Positions 1-9,746 of a stretch of DNA of 64,000 bases are shown piece after piece. A program made the position numbers and the translations under genes. The notes under the pieces were generated by a model. It did no database searches. It was not told the DNA's origin and saw nothing but the letters and a program-made list of their open reading frames with translations. This DNA is from Bdellovibrionales bacterium (GTDB taxonomy: Bacteria; Bdellovibrionota; Bdellovibrionia; Bdellovibrionales; CAYMLA01), in the NCBI GenBank assembly GCA_965217115.1, contig OZ244239.1:1728001-1792000 (forward strand), read 5' to 3'. The first letter of the stretch is position 1. Each line of letters starts with the position of its first letter.

Positions 1-1
1 T

Positions 2-1324
2 GAATTTCAAATCAATGAAAAAATTCCCCACACAATGAATGTTCATGTAAAAAAATGGATAAAGTACTTTCAAGGACGGGGAAAAGATTTGATGGGTCGC
101 TACCTATCTCGTATGGGTCGCTACCAAGCTCTTATGGAAAATGTTTTGGAGGAACAGGGTGTTCCTCGTGATCTTATCTATGTTGCACTAATTGAATCGG
201 GTTTCAGTTCACATGCAGAAAGCCATGCCTCGGCAGTTGGCTATTGGCAATTTATCAAAGGGACTGGAAAACGTTATGGTTTACGCGTGGATCATTTAGT
301 GGATGAAAGACGTGATCCCGTATTAGCAACCGTGGCTGCTGCAAAATATTTAAAAGGCTTATATTATGTTTTTGACTCCTGGTATCTGGCAATGGCCTCC
401 TATAACACAGGTGAAAATAGAGTTAAAAGAGTTGTTATGCAGAGCTACACCCGTGATTTTTGGGAATTAGTGAAAAGAAAGAAGCTTCCCCGTGAGACGT
501 TAAATTATGTTCCCAAATTTTTAGCAGCTCGTGAAATTGCTAAAAATCCTAGAAAATATGGTTTTGTAAACGTCGGTAGAAAAAAGCCTATAGAGTTTTC
601 AACGCTTAAATTGTCCTATCCAGTGAATTTACGCTCTCTTTCTCGTCATATGAGAGTTTCTTATAGAAGCCTAAAAGCGCTTAACCCTCAATTCCGTACA
701 AAAATTGCACCGACAAGGAGAGGTAAATTATCTCTACGCATTCCGAAGGGGACAAAATCAATAGCTCAAAATGCAGCACAGAAAAGTCGTGTGTTAAGAA
801 GTCGTCAAATAGCAGGAGAGAGGGGTGGTGAATTTTATCGTGTGCGCTCAGGAGATCATCTTACTAGAATAGCTAAAAAACTTGGCGTAAGTGTGAGGCA
901 ATTAAGAGAATGGAATCAAATCTCTCGCGGCTCGATCATTAAAGTAGGACAGCGCCTGCGAGTGAGATCTTTGTCAAAATATAAGATAAAACGTAGAGAC
1001 AAAGAAAACACTCATCTTGTTACTCATCATCAGGTTATTGCGGGAGAAAGTCTCTATCGTATTGCTCGTAAATACGAAACGACAGTGTCTTCATTGAGAA
1101 AAATTAATGGTTTGAGTAAAACCACTCTGAGAATAGGAAAAAAACTTAGAGTTCGACCGGTAGAGAAGTCCGATATTAAGAGAAAAACATACATTATCAG
1201 GCGGGGAGACACGTTAATAGGGATCGCCAACAAATATGGAGTGTCAACAAGCTCTCTGATAAAAATGAATCGCCTTGTTAAAAGAGAGAGGATTTATCCT
1301 GGCTCTCAACTTTTAATTCCATAG
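2..1324 (+). CDS. mltD: MltD-like lytic murein transglycosylase with three LysM domains (probably 5'-truncated by the window edge)
   Basis: SLT motifs ALIESGF, AVGYWQF and ASYNTGE, plus three LysM repeats (YRVRSGDHL, HQVIAGESL, YIIRRGDTL). The frame is open from base 2 and no signal peptide is visible, so the true start is probably upstream of the window. Confidence 0.9.
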   Translation, partial: EFQINEKIPHTMNVHVKKWIKYFQGRGKDLMGRYLSRMGRYQALMENVLEEQGVPRDLIYVALIESGFSSHAESHASAVGYWQFIKGTGKRYGLRVDHLVDERRDPVLATVAAAKYLKGLYYVFDSWYLAMASYNTGENRVKRVVMQSYTRDFWELVKRKKLPRETLNYVPKFLAAREIAKNPRKYGFVNVGRKKPIEFSTLKLSYPVNLRSLSRHMRVSYRSLKALNPQFRTKIAPTRRGKLSLRIPKGTKSIAQNAAQKSRVLRSRQIAGERGGEFYRVRSGDHLTRIAKKLGVSVRQLREWNQISRGSIIKVGQRLRVRSLSKYKIKRRDKENTHLVTHHQVIAGESLYRIARKYETTVSSLRKINGLSKTTLRIGKKLRVRPVEKSDIKRKTYIIRRGDTLIGIANKYGVSTSSLIKMNRLVKRERIYPGSQLLIP

Positions 1325-1345
1325 ATTAAAATACGACTCATAGAG

Positions 1346-2770
1346 CTATTTTGCTTGTAGGAAGACAATCTGCCAAGAGTTCCCTCTGGCAACTCTTAGA
1401 AGATTAGCGCCCTTTGTTAGAGAGCGAACCACTTGCTGTGGAGTTTTTACAGTTTTGCGGTTAACTTCGACGATAATATCGCCCACTTGTAATCCAGATT
1501 CAGCGGCAGCAGAGTTGTGGAGAATACTGATAACAACAGAAGTGCCCACAAGCTTAGAATTAATATTCCAGTTTTGTGCCATTTTTTTGGTAAGATGAGC
1601 GACCTTGAACCCTAGCTGATAGGGGGCCTTTTTTCCATAATAGTCTTTGTCTCTTTTTATGTTCGTAGAAGAAAAAGAATTTGGGAGAGCATCGATTCTG
1701 ACAGCAACGCGTATTTTCTTTCCATTGCGGAAAATTTTTAAACTTATCGTTTTCCCCACGGTTATGTCGCTTATGTAACGAGAAATATCTCCAGTGTGAG
1801 CTACTACTTTTTTATTGAACCCCATGATAACATCGTAAACTTTTAACTTTGCCTTCGCTGCAGGGCTTTCAGGAACAACTTGCGTGATAACAACACCCTT
1901 TGTGCTATTCAGTCTTAAAATCTGCGCGGCGCGAGGAGTGAGATTCTTCATTTGAATACCGAGATAGCCTCTCTGTACCTTCCCGTTAGTCTCTAGTTCT
2001 TTAATGATGGTCTTGACGTTATCAATAGGAATGGCAAAACCAATACCTTGAGCTCTAGCATCAATGGCTGTATTAACGCCAATGACTTCGCCCTTAAGAT
2101 TTACAAGAGGACCACCTGAATTACCAGGATTGATGCTTGCGTCTGTTTGTAGAAACGGAAAACGATTGATTTCGTCTAAATAACGACCTTTAGCTGAAAT
2201 AATTCCCTTAGACATACTGTGACCGTGGCCATAGGGATTGCCGAAGGCAGCAACCCATTGGCCAACTTGTAAACTAGAACTACTGCCGAGAGGGATTATG
2301 GGGAGCTTCTTATTGGCATTGATTTTAATAAGAGCAATATCAGTTCTCTTGTCACGACCGATGACCTTGGCTTCGTAAAATGTTTTTTTGCTATTTAATA
2401 ATTGAACACGAATAACATCGGCATTTGCAATAACGTGATTATTAGTGATGATAAGACCGTCTTGGCGAATGATAAAACCCGTCCCCAAAGAATGGGAAGG
2501 GCGGGAGGTCCGAGGATTAATACCCCAAATCCCTTCTAGCATATCTGCTAAAGGGTCGTGAAAACGGGGGGAGTTTCGATAACGATGGTTCTTAGGTAAT
2601 CGAGACGTTGAAATATTGACGACAGCAGGGTTGGTGGACTTTGCCAATTCAACAAAAATATTTGCAGGTAAAGGAGAGCCAGGTGTTATTTTTGGAATTT
2701 GAGAAAAAGATGGGGAGGAAAGAAAAAAAAGGTGACAAGAAAATATTAAAATAAAAATCATTTTTGTCAT
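1346..2770 (-). CDS. degP: DegP/HtrA (Do-family) periplasmic serine protease with two PDZ domains
   Basis: Signal peptide; catalytic triad motifs TNNHV, TDIAL and INPGNSGG; two PDZ-like C-terminal segments. Confidence 0.93.
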   Translation of the reverse strand: MTKMIFILIFSCHLFFLSSPSFSQIPKITPGSPLPANIFVELAKSTNPAVVNISTSRLPKNHRYRNSPRFHDPLADMLEGIWGINPRTSRPSHSLGTGFIIRQDGLIITNNHVIANADVIRVQLLNSKKTFYEAKVIGRDKRTDIALIKINANKKLPIIPLGSSSSLQVGQWVAAFGNPYGHGHSMSKGIISAKGRYLDEINRFPFLQTDASINPGNSGGPLVNLKGEVIGVNTAIDARAQGIGFAIPIDNVKTIIKELETNGKVQRGYLGIQMKNLTPRAAQILRLNSTKGVVITQVVPESPAAKAKLKVYDVIMGFNKKVVAHTGDISRYISDITVGKTISLKIFRNGKKIRVAVRIDALPNSFSSTNIKRDKDYYGKKAPYQLGFKVAHLTKKMAQNWNINSKLVGTSVVISILHNSAAAESGLQVGDIIVEVNRKTVKTPQQVVRSLTKGANLLRVARGNSWQIVFLQAK

Positions 2771-2790
2771 GAACGTCTCTCCATAAAGAA

Positions 2791-3045
2791 TTATTTATTT
2801 ACAAACTTCATTTGTAGATCTTTAATCAATGAATCGAGAAAAGTTCTCTCTTCTTGAGTGAGGTTCCCTTCGGTCTTGTTCTTTAAAATCATAAGTAAGT
2901 CGATATTGAACTTAGCCATTTCAGGATTTATTTCTTCTGACCCCTTTGGTATGTTGGGGGAGAGTCCCATGGCCGTGATCGCACTAGACCCTATGGACAT
3001 TAATAAAGCAGATAAAGAGGCTTCTAGATTGTGTTCTTGATTCAT
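2791..3045 (-). CDS. DUF1844-family small protein
   Basis: AKFNIDLL..LKNKTEGNLT.EE..FL..L..DLQMKFV pattern typical of DUF1844; lies co-directionally between the htpX-like gene and degP. Confidence 0.8.
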   Translation of the reverse strand: MNQEHNLEASLSALLMSIGSSAITAMGLSPNIPKGSEEINPEMAKFNIDLLMILKNKTEGNLTQEERTFLDSLIKDLQMKFVNK

Positions 3046-3059
3046 AGTGTTCTCCGTTC

Positions 3060-3866
3060 TTATATCGGGAAGTAACCAACAATGGCTTTTACTCTTTTTG
3101 CCAAAGTTGGATGGAGCTGAAGATAGCTACTTATGGGTATTTTCGTCAAGGGATTGACGGGAAAACCCATTAACAAATCAGGCTCTAGGCTCAGTGGCTG
3201 GGTGGCAAAATAGGCTTCGAGATGGAGTAACCCCGTTGCAAGGGCTTTGGGATCACTGACCCACTGCTTTGCGAGGTGATCACTTTTCAGGTAACTGTTT
3301 TTGCCTAGAAAAACAAAAGAAACCCACTTGGAGAACACGTAGGATGGATAGAGATATGCGATGCGTTGGTTTTTTTTAGAAAATAAAAGCTGATTCAAGC
3401 CAGTGAATAAAGAAGAGATAGAGCAGCCAATCGAGATGCCAAGGGTGTCATGTCTTTTTATTTGCGCGAGGTGAAATGCGAGTATGGCTTCTATTTTCTT
3501 GTGATCGAACTGTTCAACGAGTCCTTGAGTGATGGCGATAGAGCCATGATGCCAACTTCGCCCAAAGGCAAATGAAGAGAGAGTGGGAGAGTGAATGATG
3601 TAAAGTCTAGGGAGAGGAAGTTCGGCCTTCTTACAGAGATCTGAGAGAAGCCCTCTTAAATTCCATGGGTCTTGTCCCTCGATGAGCTCTGCCTGGAGTT
3701 TGTTAACCATCTTTTTGTCAGAATAGAGGTAGAGATAAAGATTAAAAGCGACGGAGAAAAACCCTCCCCATAAAAGGCCTGATCGTCCAGCCAAGGTATG
3801 GGCAATAAACATAGTTATAAAGGATGAGAGTAGGAGAGTTATCCACACACGATAGGAAGTGTTCAT
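3060..3866 (-). CDS. HtpX/M48-like membrane protein with degenerate zinc-binding motif
   Basis: Two N-terminal TM helices, PRLYII, AFGR, IAITQGL, EAILAFHLAQIKRHD (HEXXH lost) and C-terminal HPTLAKRV. Confidence 0.8.
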   Translation of the reverse strand: MNTSYRVWITLLLSSFITMFIAHTLAGRSGLLWGGFFSVAFNLYLYLYSDKKMVNKLQAELIEGQDPWNLRGLLSDLCKKAELPLPRLYIIHSPTLSSFAFGRSWHHGSIAITQGLVEQFDHKKIEAILAFHLAQIKRHDTLGISIGCSISSLFTGLNQLLFSKKNQRIAYLYPSYVFSKWVSFVFLGKNSYLKSDHLAKQWVSDPKALATGLLHLEAYFATQPLSLEPDLLMGFPVNPLTKIPISSYLQLHPTLAKRVKAIVGYFPI

Positions 3867-4078
3867 TGTAAATCCTCTGTAAACGACTTAATGTCTATTC
3901 TAACCTGTTTTTGAATGGGTGAAGCAAGATAAAACGACGGGTTTCTTTGCATAAGTTTATTTATACAAAAAAGACGCATGGCATTGATTGAAAATAAACC
4001 AAGTGAAAAACGTTGATGAATTTGGGATAGAATTGAGACAATTGTGAGCGATTAAAAATCAGATCAGGAGAGGTTCAA

Positions 4079-5068
4079 ATGAATGTAGATATTATGGCAC
4101 TCAATGAAACCATAAAAGTAGAAAGCCGTTTTATTAGCGATATGATGAAAGAAGTTTCAAAGGTTATCGTCGGTCAAGAGGAAATGGTTGAGGGGATTTT
4201 GATGGGATTACTCACAGGAGGACATGTTCTTTTAGAGGGAGTCCCTGGGTTAGCTAAAACATTGACGATCTCTTCAGTGTGTCAAGCGATCTCTTTGGAT
4301 TTTAATCGCGTTCAGTTCACTCCAGATTTATTGCCCACCGACCTTATTGGAACCATGATATTTAATCCAAAAACAGGGGAATTCACACCCAAGAAAGGTC
4401 CCGTATTTACTAACTTGGTTTTAGCGGATGAAATCAATCGCGCTCCAGCAAAAGTTCAGAGTGCTCTCTTAGAAGCAATGGCCGAAAAACAAGTTACCAT
4501 TGGTGACAACACACACATTCTAGAAAAGCCCTTTTTGGTGTTGGCAACACAGAATCCACTGGAGCAAGATGGGACATACCCTTTGCCAGAGGCGCAGATG
4601 GATCGTTTTATGTTTAAAATTCTCGTTGATTATCCACATAAAGAGAACGAGATGGAGATATTAAATCGCATGTCCTCTAATGAAAGTCCTCAGGTAGAAG
4701 CCATCATCAGTAGGGAGCAATTATTGAGGGCTTCAGCCCATGTGGATTCTATCTATGTTGATGACAAGGTAAAAAACTATATTGTAGAAATTGTGATGAG
4801 TACACGAGAGCCAGAGGAATACGGTTTGAGCTCTATTGCAAATTTAATCTCAGTAGGCTGTTCTCCCCGCGCAACGATTAGTTTAGTAAGATCAGCCAAG
4901 GCTCACGCTTTTTTAAGAGGTCGAGGGTATGTGACGGCAGAAGATGTAAAAGCCGTGACTTATAATGTTCTTCGTCACCGTTTAATACTAACTTACGAAG
5001 CTGAGGCAGAAGAGATGAAAAGTGATGATGTGATTAAGCAAATTCTTAATCACATTGAGGTGACTTAG
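4079..5068 (+). CDS. moxR: MoxR-family AAA+ ATPase
   Basis: LLEGVPGLAKT, RVQFTPDLLP, LADEINRA, ATQNP and YPLPEAQMDRF motifs; SD AGGAG upstream. Confidence 0.95.
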   Translation: MNVDIMALNETIKVESRFISDMMKEVSKVIVGQEEMVEGILMGLLTGGHVLLEGVPGLAKTLTISSVCQAISLDFNRVQFTPDLLPTDLIGTMIFNPKTGEFTPKKGPVFTNLVLADEINRAPAKVQSALLEAMAEKQVTIGDNTHILEKPFLVLATQNPLEQDGTYPLPEAQMDRFMFKILVDYPHKENEMEILNRMSSNESPQVEAIISREQLLRASAHVDSIYVDDKVKNYIVEIVMSTREPEEYGLSSIANLISVGCSPRATISLVRSAKAHAFLRGRGYVTAEDVKAVTYNVLRHRLILTYEAEAEEMKSDDVIKQILNHIEVT

Positions 5069-5952
5069 TGGTTTCAACTCTTCCTCTAGAAATTCATAGG
5101 AAGATTAAACTTCTTGAATTAAACACTCGTCGCTTGGTGAATGATATCTTTTCAGGAGAATACAAATCGTCCTTTAAAGGGCAGGGGATGACTTTCTCTG
5201 AATTTCGTGAATACGTCCCTGGGGATGATGTTAGAAATATTTCTTGGACATTGACCGCCAAGGTGGGAAAGGCCCATGTAAAAATTTTTGAAGAAGAAAG
5301 AGAACAAACTCTTATGCTCGCTGTTGATATAAGTGGTTCTTCAAATTATGGAACAGGTGAGTATCTTAAAGGAGAGGTCATGGTGCATTTAGCGGCGCTC
5401 TTGGCCTTTTCTGCGATAAAAAACAATGACAAAGTAGGATTGCTTCTTTTTACCAATCAAGTGGAGCTTTTTGTGCCTCCTAAAAAAGGCAGAGGGCAAG
5501 TTCATCGTATTTTGCGCGATCTGTATTACTTTAAACCCAAAAGTAGAGGAACTTGCCTATCCATACCTTTGGATTACCTAAGTGGTGTCCTTAAGAAGAA
5601 CACCACTGTTTTTGTAATGAGTGATTTTATGGATAAGAATTGTCACCGTTCATTCCGCTTATTGGCTCGTAAACATGAAGTGATAGGAGTTGTTGTGGAG
5701 GACTCCTCTGAATATAAAATACCAGACATGGGTGTGGTGGATTTACATGATGGAGAGACAGGTGAGTTGCTCACTGTGGACACGTCATCTTCGTCATTTA
5801 GAAAGAGTTTTGAAGATCTATCAAAAAAGCGACGTTTGCAAAGAGATAGAGAGCTTAAGAAATCTCTTGTAGACTGCATTAATATTTTGGACGGCGAAGA
5901 CTTTGTTGATCCACTTATTGCTTATTTTAAGAAAAGACGAGCGAGAGGTTGA
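5068..5952 (+). CDS. DUF58 / VWA-like MoxR partner protein
   Basis: GEYKSSFKGQGMTFSEFREYVPGDDVRNI, VDISGS and SDF motifs; overlaps the moxR stop codon. Confidence 0.92.
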   Translation: MVSTLPLEIHRKIKLLELNTRRLVNDIFSGEYKSSFKGQGMTFSEFREYVPGDDVRNISWTLTAKVGKAHVKIFEEEREQTLMLAVDISGSSNYGTGEYLKGEVMVHLAALLAFSAIKNNDKVGLLLFTNQVELFVPPKKGRGQVHRILRDLYYFKPKSRGTCLSIPLDYLSGVLKKNTTVFVMSDFMDKNCHRSFRLLARKHEVIGVVVEDSSEYKIPDMGVVDLHDGETGELLTVDTSSSSFRKSFEDLSKKRRLQRDRELKKSLVDCINILDGEDFVDPLIAYFKKRRARG

Positions 5953-5960
5953 AGCTTTAA

Positions 5961-6890
5961 ATGGCAAAAAGTAAAGAGCTAGAAAAAAAACAAAAAAAAA
6001 CAACGGAGACACAGAAATCGGCTTTGATTTGGCAGTGTGATCTAGTTGCAAATTCTCAATCCACAGGTCAGATCACTGTTGGAAGCCCTATTCATATGCA
6101 CTGTGAGGGTACGAAAACTATTTTTAATTCTAATAAGCTAGAAATTTTGTTAAACAAAAAACAAAAATATGTTCTCCATCTTCTTAAGGTGGAGAACATA
6201 TCAGAAACTGAAATGGACCTGATTGTTACAAGTTATCAAGCAGGACAGCATCAGTTAAAAAACTTTCAATTATCTGATGGAAATGATTTTGTCGACAGTG
6301 GGCCTTTGCAGTTCAACGTGACTTCTGTTTTAAAAAAAGAAGCTAAGCCTTTTGGGCCTTTTGGACCCATTGGTCTAGAGAGGCCTACATGGTATTGGAC
6401 ATCAATTGGAGTGATTGTTGGATTGATCACCATTGTCGCACTATTGAAATTTCGGAAAAGTTGGCAGAGAAAAAAAATAATCAAAAGGTTAGAATCTCAC
6501 GGAACGGCGTTATCTGCCTATAATCAATTAAATAAGGAATTACGTTCTTTAGATAGAGAATTAACTCTTCAAAGGCAGAGAGTATCCGACACAGAGCAAC
6601 TAGAGAGAACCCACAGAGAGCACATAAGAGAATTGGAAAAAAGTTTTCGAATGTATTTGGTTAGAGAGCTAAAGGTTCCAGCGATGGAATGGTCAAACAA
6701 ACAAATTCTTGGGGAAATTAAAAGAACGGACAAAAAATTGTTTAAATCTCAGAATGCTTCAATTGAAAAATTATTATTGGAGTTCAAAAGATTAAATAAA
6801 ACAAATGAGGAATTCACTTTGTCTGATTGCCAACAGATGAGACGGCTTTGTCGTGATTGCTGTGATCTTCTTTATAAGGAGAGGAATTAA
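5961..6890 (+). CDS. Single-pass membrane protein of the bat cluster
   Basis: One TM helix after a Pro/Gly linker (FGPFGPIG), then a helical C-terminus; typical position between the DUF58 gene and batA. Confidence 0.7.
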   Translation: MAKSKELEKKQKKTTETQKSALIWQCDLVANSQSTGQITVGSPIHMHCEGTKTIFNSNKLEILLNKKQKYVLHLLKVENISETEMDLIVTSYQAGQHQLKNFQLSDGNDFVDSGPLQFNVTSVLKKEAKPFGPFGPIGLERPTWYWTSIGVIVGLITIVALLKFRKSWQRKKIIKRLESHGTALSAYNQLNKELRSLDRELTLQRQRVSDTEQLERTHREHIRELEKSFRMYLVRELKVPAMEWSNKQILGEIKRTDKKLFKSQNASIEKLLLEFKRLNKTNEEFTLSDCQQMRRLCRDCCDLLYKERN

Positions 6891-7897
6891 TGTCATTTAA
6901 AACATGGTATGCCTTTTTCCTAATAATGCCTCTATTATTTGTGGTGTTCTGGAGTTGGTGGGAAAGAAAGGCTAAACGACCTTCTATTCAATTTTCAAAA
7001 ATAGATCTTTTCAAAAAGATAGAGGCTTCTTGGCGCGTCCATTTGATGGGGTTACCGACTTTTTTAAAAATGACAGCTTTGATTTTGGCCATAGTTGCCT
7101 TGGCTCGACCGCAAAGGGCTGATGAGAGAGTGAAGAGAAATGTGGAAGGCATAGATATTGTGATTGCTTTGGATGTCTCTGACAGTATGTTGATTGAGGA
7201 TATGAAGCCATCGGCAAACCGTTTAGAATCGGCTAAGGAGACGATTCGTCAATTTATTGACAAGAGATTATCTGACCGTATTGGGTTGGTTGTTTTTTCA
7301 GGAGAGTCGTACACACGGGTTCCATTGACTCTGGATTACCAACTTTTACAGAAATCTCTAGAAGAAGTACAGATAACAAGAACGGTTAAAATGGGAACGG
7401 CCATTGGAGTGGCCTTGGCAAATGCTGTGGGGCGATTGAGGGAGTCAAAGGCTAAGAGTCGGGTGATTGTTTTTTTAACTGACGGTGAGAACAACAGCGG
7501 AACGATAGACCCTGAAACAGCACTAGAGATAGCTAAGGGATATGATATAAAAATTTACTCTATTGGTGTCGGTAGGGATGGAAACACACGTTTGCCGATA
7601 ATGACGAGAGATGTTTTTGGTAGAAAAGTAAAACGTTATCAACCTTTTTATAGTAAAGTGAATGAAGAGTTACTTGGAAAGATGGCCAAGGAGACAGGAG
7701 GAAAGTTCTACCGTGCGACATCATCTGGAGTCTTAAAGAGTGTATTTAATAATATTGATCGTTTAGAAAAGAGTAAAATAGATGAAAAACATTATGTCAA
7801 ATATGCAGAATTGTTCCCCAATTGGTTAAAGATGTCTCTATTACTTTATCTGTTAGCGTTTTTCCTAGGAAGAACATGGTTGAGGAGGATGCCTTGA
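6890..7897 (+). CDS. batA: BatA-like VWA domain membrane protein
   Basis: ALARPQ, MIDAS DVSDS, DRIGLVVF, GTAIG and LTDGENN motifs; C-terminal TM helix. Confidence 0.9.
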   Translation: MSFKTWYAFFLIMPLLFVVFWSWWERKAKRPSIQFSKIDLFKKIEASWRVHLMGLPTFLKMTALILAIVALARPQRADERVKRNVEGIDIVIALDVSDSMLIEDMKPSANRLESAKETIRQFIDKRLSDRIGLVVFSGESYTRVPLTLDYQLLQKSLEEVQITRTVKMGTAIGVALANAVGRLRESKAKSRVIVFLTDGENNSGTIDPETALEIAKGYDIKIYSIGVGRDGNTRLPIMTRDVFGRKVKRYQPFYSKVNEELLGKMAKETGGKFYRATSSGVLKSVFNNIDRLEKSKIDEKHYVKYAELFPNWLKMSLLLYLLAFFLGRTWLRRMP

Positions 7898-8961
7898 TAT
7901 TTAAATTTGCAGCTCCTGGATTTTTCTATCTTTTAATATTATTGCCACCGATTATTTTATTTTCTGTGTGGTTGCAGCGGTGTGCCCGAAAGAAAATTCA
8001 TGATCACCTCGGCAAAAGGCTTGCACCTTTTTTGGTGTCATCTGTTTCTAAAAGTAAGAGACACTGGAAACTTATTTTAGAGTGCTTGGTGATACTCTTT
8101 GGCCTTTTTTCTTTGGCGCGTCCTCAATCGGGTAAGGAAACTCAAGAGATAAAAAGCGAAGGGGTGGAGTTAATTTTAATGATTGATGTTTCCACCAGTA
8201 TGTTAGCAGAGGATGTGCGCCCGAGTCGGTTAAATTTTGCAAAAAAAGAGATGGAAAAGATTTTAGGATATTTAGATGGAGATAAAGTAGGAATTGTGGC
8301 CTTTGCAGGCTCGGCGGCATTGCTATCACCGATGACGGTGGATAAGTCAGCTCTATTAATGTATTTGGACTCCTTGAGTACGTCTTCGGTGGGGTCCCAG
8401 GGAACGGAGTTTAGTAGGGCTTTGCAGGAGGCAGGTGCGGCTTTTCTCAGAGGAGGAGTTCAGAGAGACGGAAAAAATCAAGTGACAAGGGTCATTGTCA
8501 TTGCTTCTGATGGTGAAGATAATGAAAAAGGAGCGATACAGGAGGCTGAGAAATTATCTAAAGAAGGAGTGCATATTTTTTCTTTGGCTTTTGGAACGGA
8601 AAAAGGTGCGCCGATTCCTTTGAGAGATGGCAACGGTTATTTAAGAGAGTACAAAAAAGACGAGAGTGGAAAAGTGATTCTGAGTCAGACAAAGGGAACT
8701 ATTTTAAAAGAATTGTCACGAATTGGGCATGGAAGTTTTTATCATGCGACCTTTGATAGCGAGGTAGCAGAAAATATTGTAGCGGATATACAGAAATTAC
8801 AAAAAACACAATTTGCTAGCGCAAGTATCGTTAATTATAATGAGTTGTACCAAATTTTCTTATTGATAGCGATATTATTAGGGATTTTAGAAATATTTTT
8901 GGGTGAGAAAAAATCAGGAAGAAGCTTGTGGAAGGGGCGTTTTGAGGTGACAGAGAAATGA
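7894..8961 (+). CDS. batB: BatB-like VWA domain membrane protein
   Basis: SLARPQ, DVSTSM, DKVGIVAFAG and SDGED motifs. The likely start is TTG at 7894, overlapping the batA TGA, with SD GAGGAGG at 7882-7888. Confidence 0.88.
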   Translation: MIFKFAAPGFFYLLILLPPIILFSVWLQRCARKKIHDHLGKRLAPFLVSSVSKSKRHWKLILECLVILFGLFSLARPQSGKETQEIKSEGVELILMIDVSTSMLAEDVRPSRLNFAKKEMEKILGYLDGDKVGIVAFAGSAALLSPMTVDKSALLMYLDSLSTSSVGSQGTEFSRALQEAGAAFLRGGVQRDGKNQVTRVIVIASDGEDNEKGAIQEAEKLSKEGVHIFSLAFGTEKGAPIPLRDGNGYLREYKKDESGKVILSQTKGTILKELSRIGHGSFYHATFDSEVAENIVADIQKLQKTQFASASIVNYNELYQIFLLIAILLGILEIFLGEKKSGRSLWKGRFEVTEK

Positions 8962-9746
8962 TTAAACACATATCTCCAATGAGAAGTTTGCCCATTGCTG
9001 TATCATTTTTACTGGTTATTTTTTCGGAGACTGCTATTTGTGCAGGAGATTATTTAAAAGAATTAAACGTGATTGAGAAGAATAATTCTGCCATAGAGGC
9101 TCTAAAGGAGAAGCAATTAGGGAGAGCATTTAATTCAGTGATCGAAGGTTTGGGAGAAGCTCCTAAGCAAATGGTATTATTATTTAATTTAGGGTTGATT
9201 TATGAGTTTCAGAAAAAACCTGATAAGGCATTGAAAGCTTATGAGCAGGTGCTTGTAGATAAGGCAGCACCTGCAGAGATTCGTTTTTTCAGTGCATTTA
9301 ATATAGCTCGTATTCATGGCGTAGGAAAAAACATTGCTAAAGCATTGAAATATTATCAGAAAGCTTTAGAATTTAAATCTGATTCTGTCGAAGTGAAAAC
9401 CAATATTGAGCTTCTGACAAAACAACAGAATGGCCAGGGAAAGGGGAACGAAGAGAAAAATAATAAGGGAAAGGATCAGGAAAAGGATCAGGAAAAGGAT
9501 CAAGGAAAGGATCAAGGAAAGGATCAGAAAAAGGATCAGGAAAAAGAGAATGATGGTCAGAAGGGTGATAAAAAGCCTGATTCAAATAAAACTAAGGACC
9601 GTAAGAAGCCATTTAAAAGCAAAGAATTGACTGAGGATGACGTGAGAAAGATTTTAGAAGAATTAAAGCAACAAGAAACAAAAATCCGCACGAAAATAAA
9701 TCAGGAGAAGGGCAAGAATGACTCCCCTAATATTAAAGACTGGTAA
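8958..9746 (+). CDS. batC: BatC-like TPR protein with low-complexity linker
   Basis: Signal or anchor segment, TPR motifs (FNLGLIY, YYQKALE), a K/D/Q-rich linker and the terminal KDW typical of this family. Confidence 0.82.
   Translation: MIKHISPMRSLPIAVSFLLVIFSETAICAGDYLKELNVIEKNNSAIEALKEKQLGRAFNSVIEGLGEAPKQMVLLFNLGLIYEFQKKPDKALKAYEQVLVDKAAPAEIRFFSAFNIARIHGVGKNIAKALKYYQKALEFKSDSVEVKTNIELLTKQQNGQGKGNEEKNNKGKDQEKDQEKDQGKDQGKDQKKDQEKENDGQKGDKKPDSNKTKDRKKPFKSKELTEDDVRKILEELKQQETKIRTKINQEKGKNDSPNIKDW
9471..9542 (+). repeat. Six 12-bp tandem repeats (AAGGATCARRRA; KDQE/KDQG/KDQK) in batC
   Basis: Read directly from the sequence. Confidence 0.9.
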
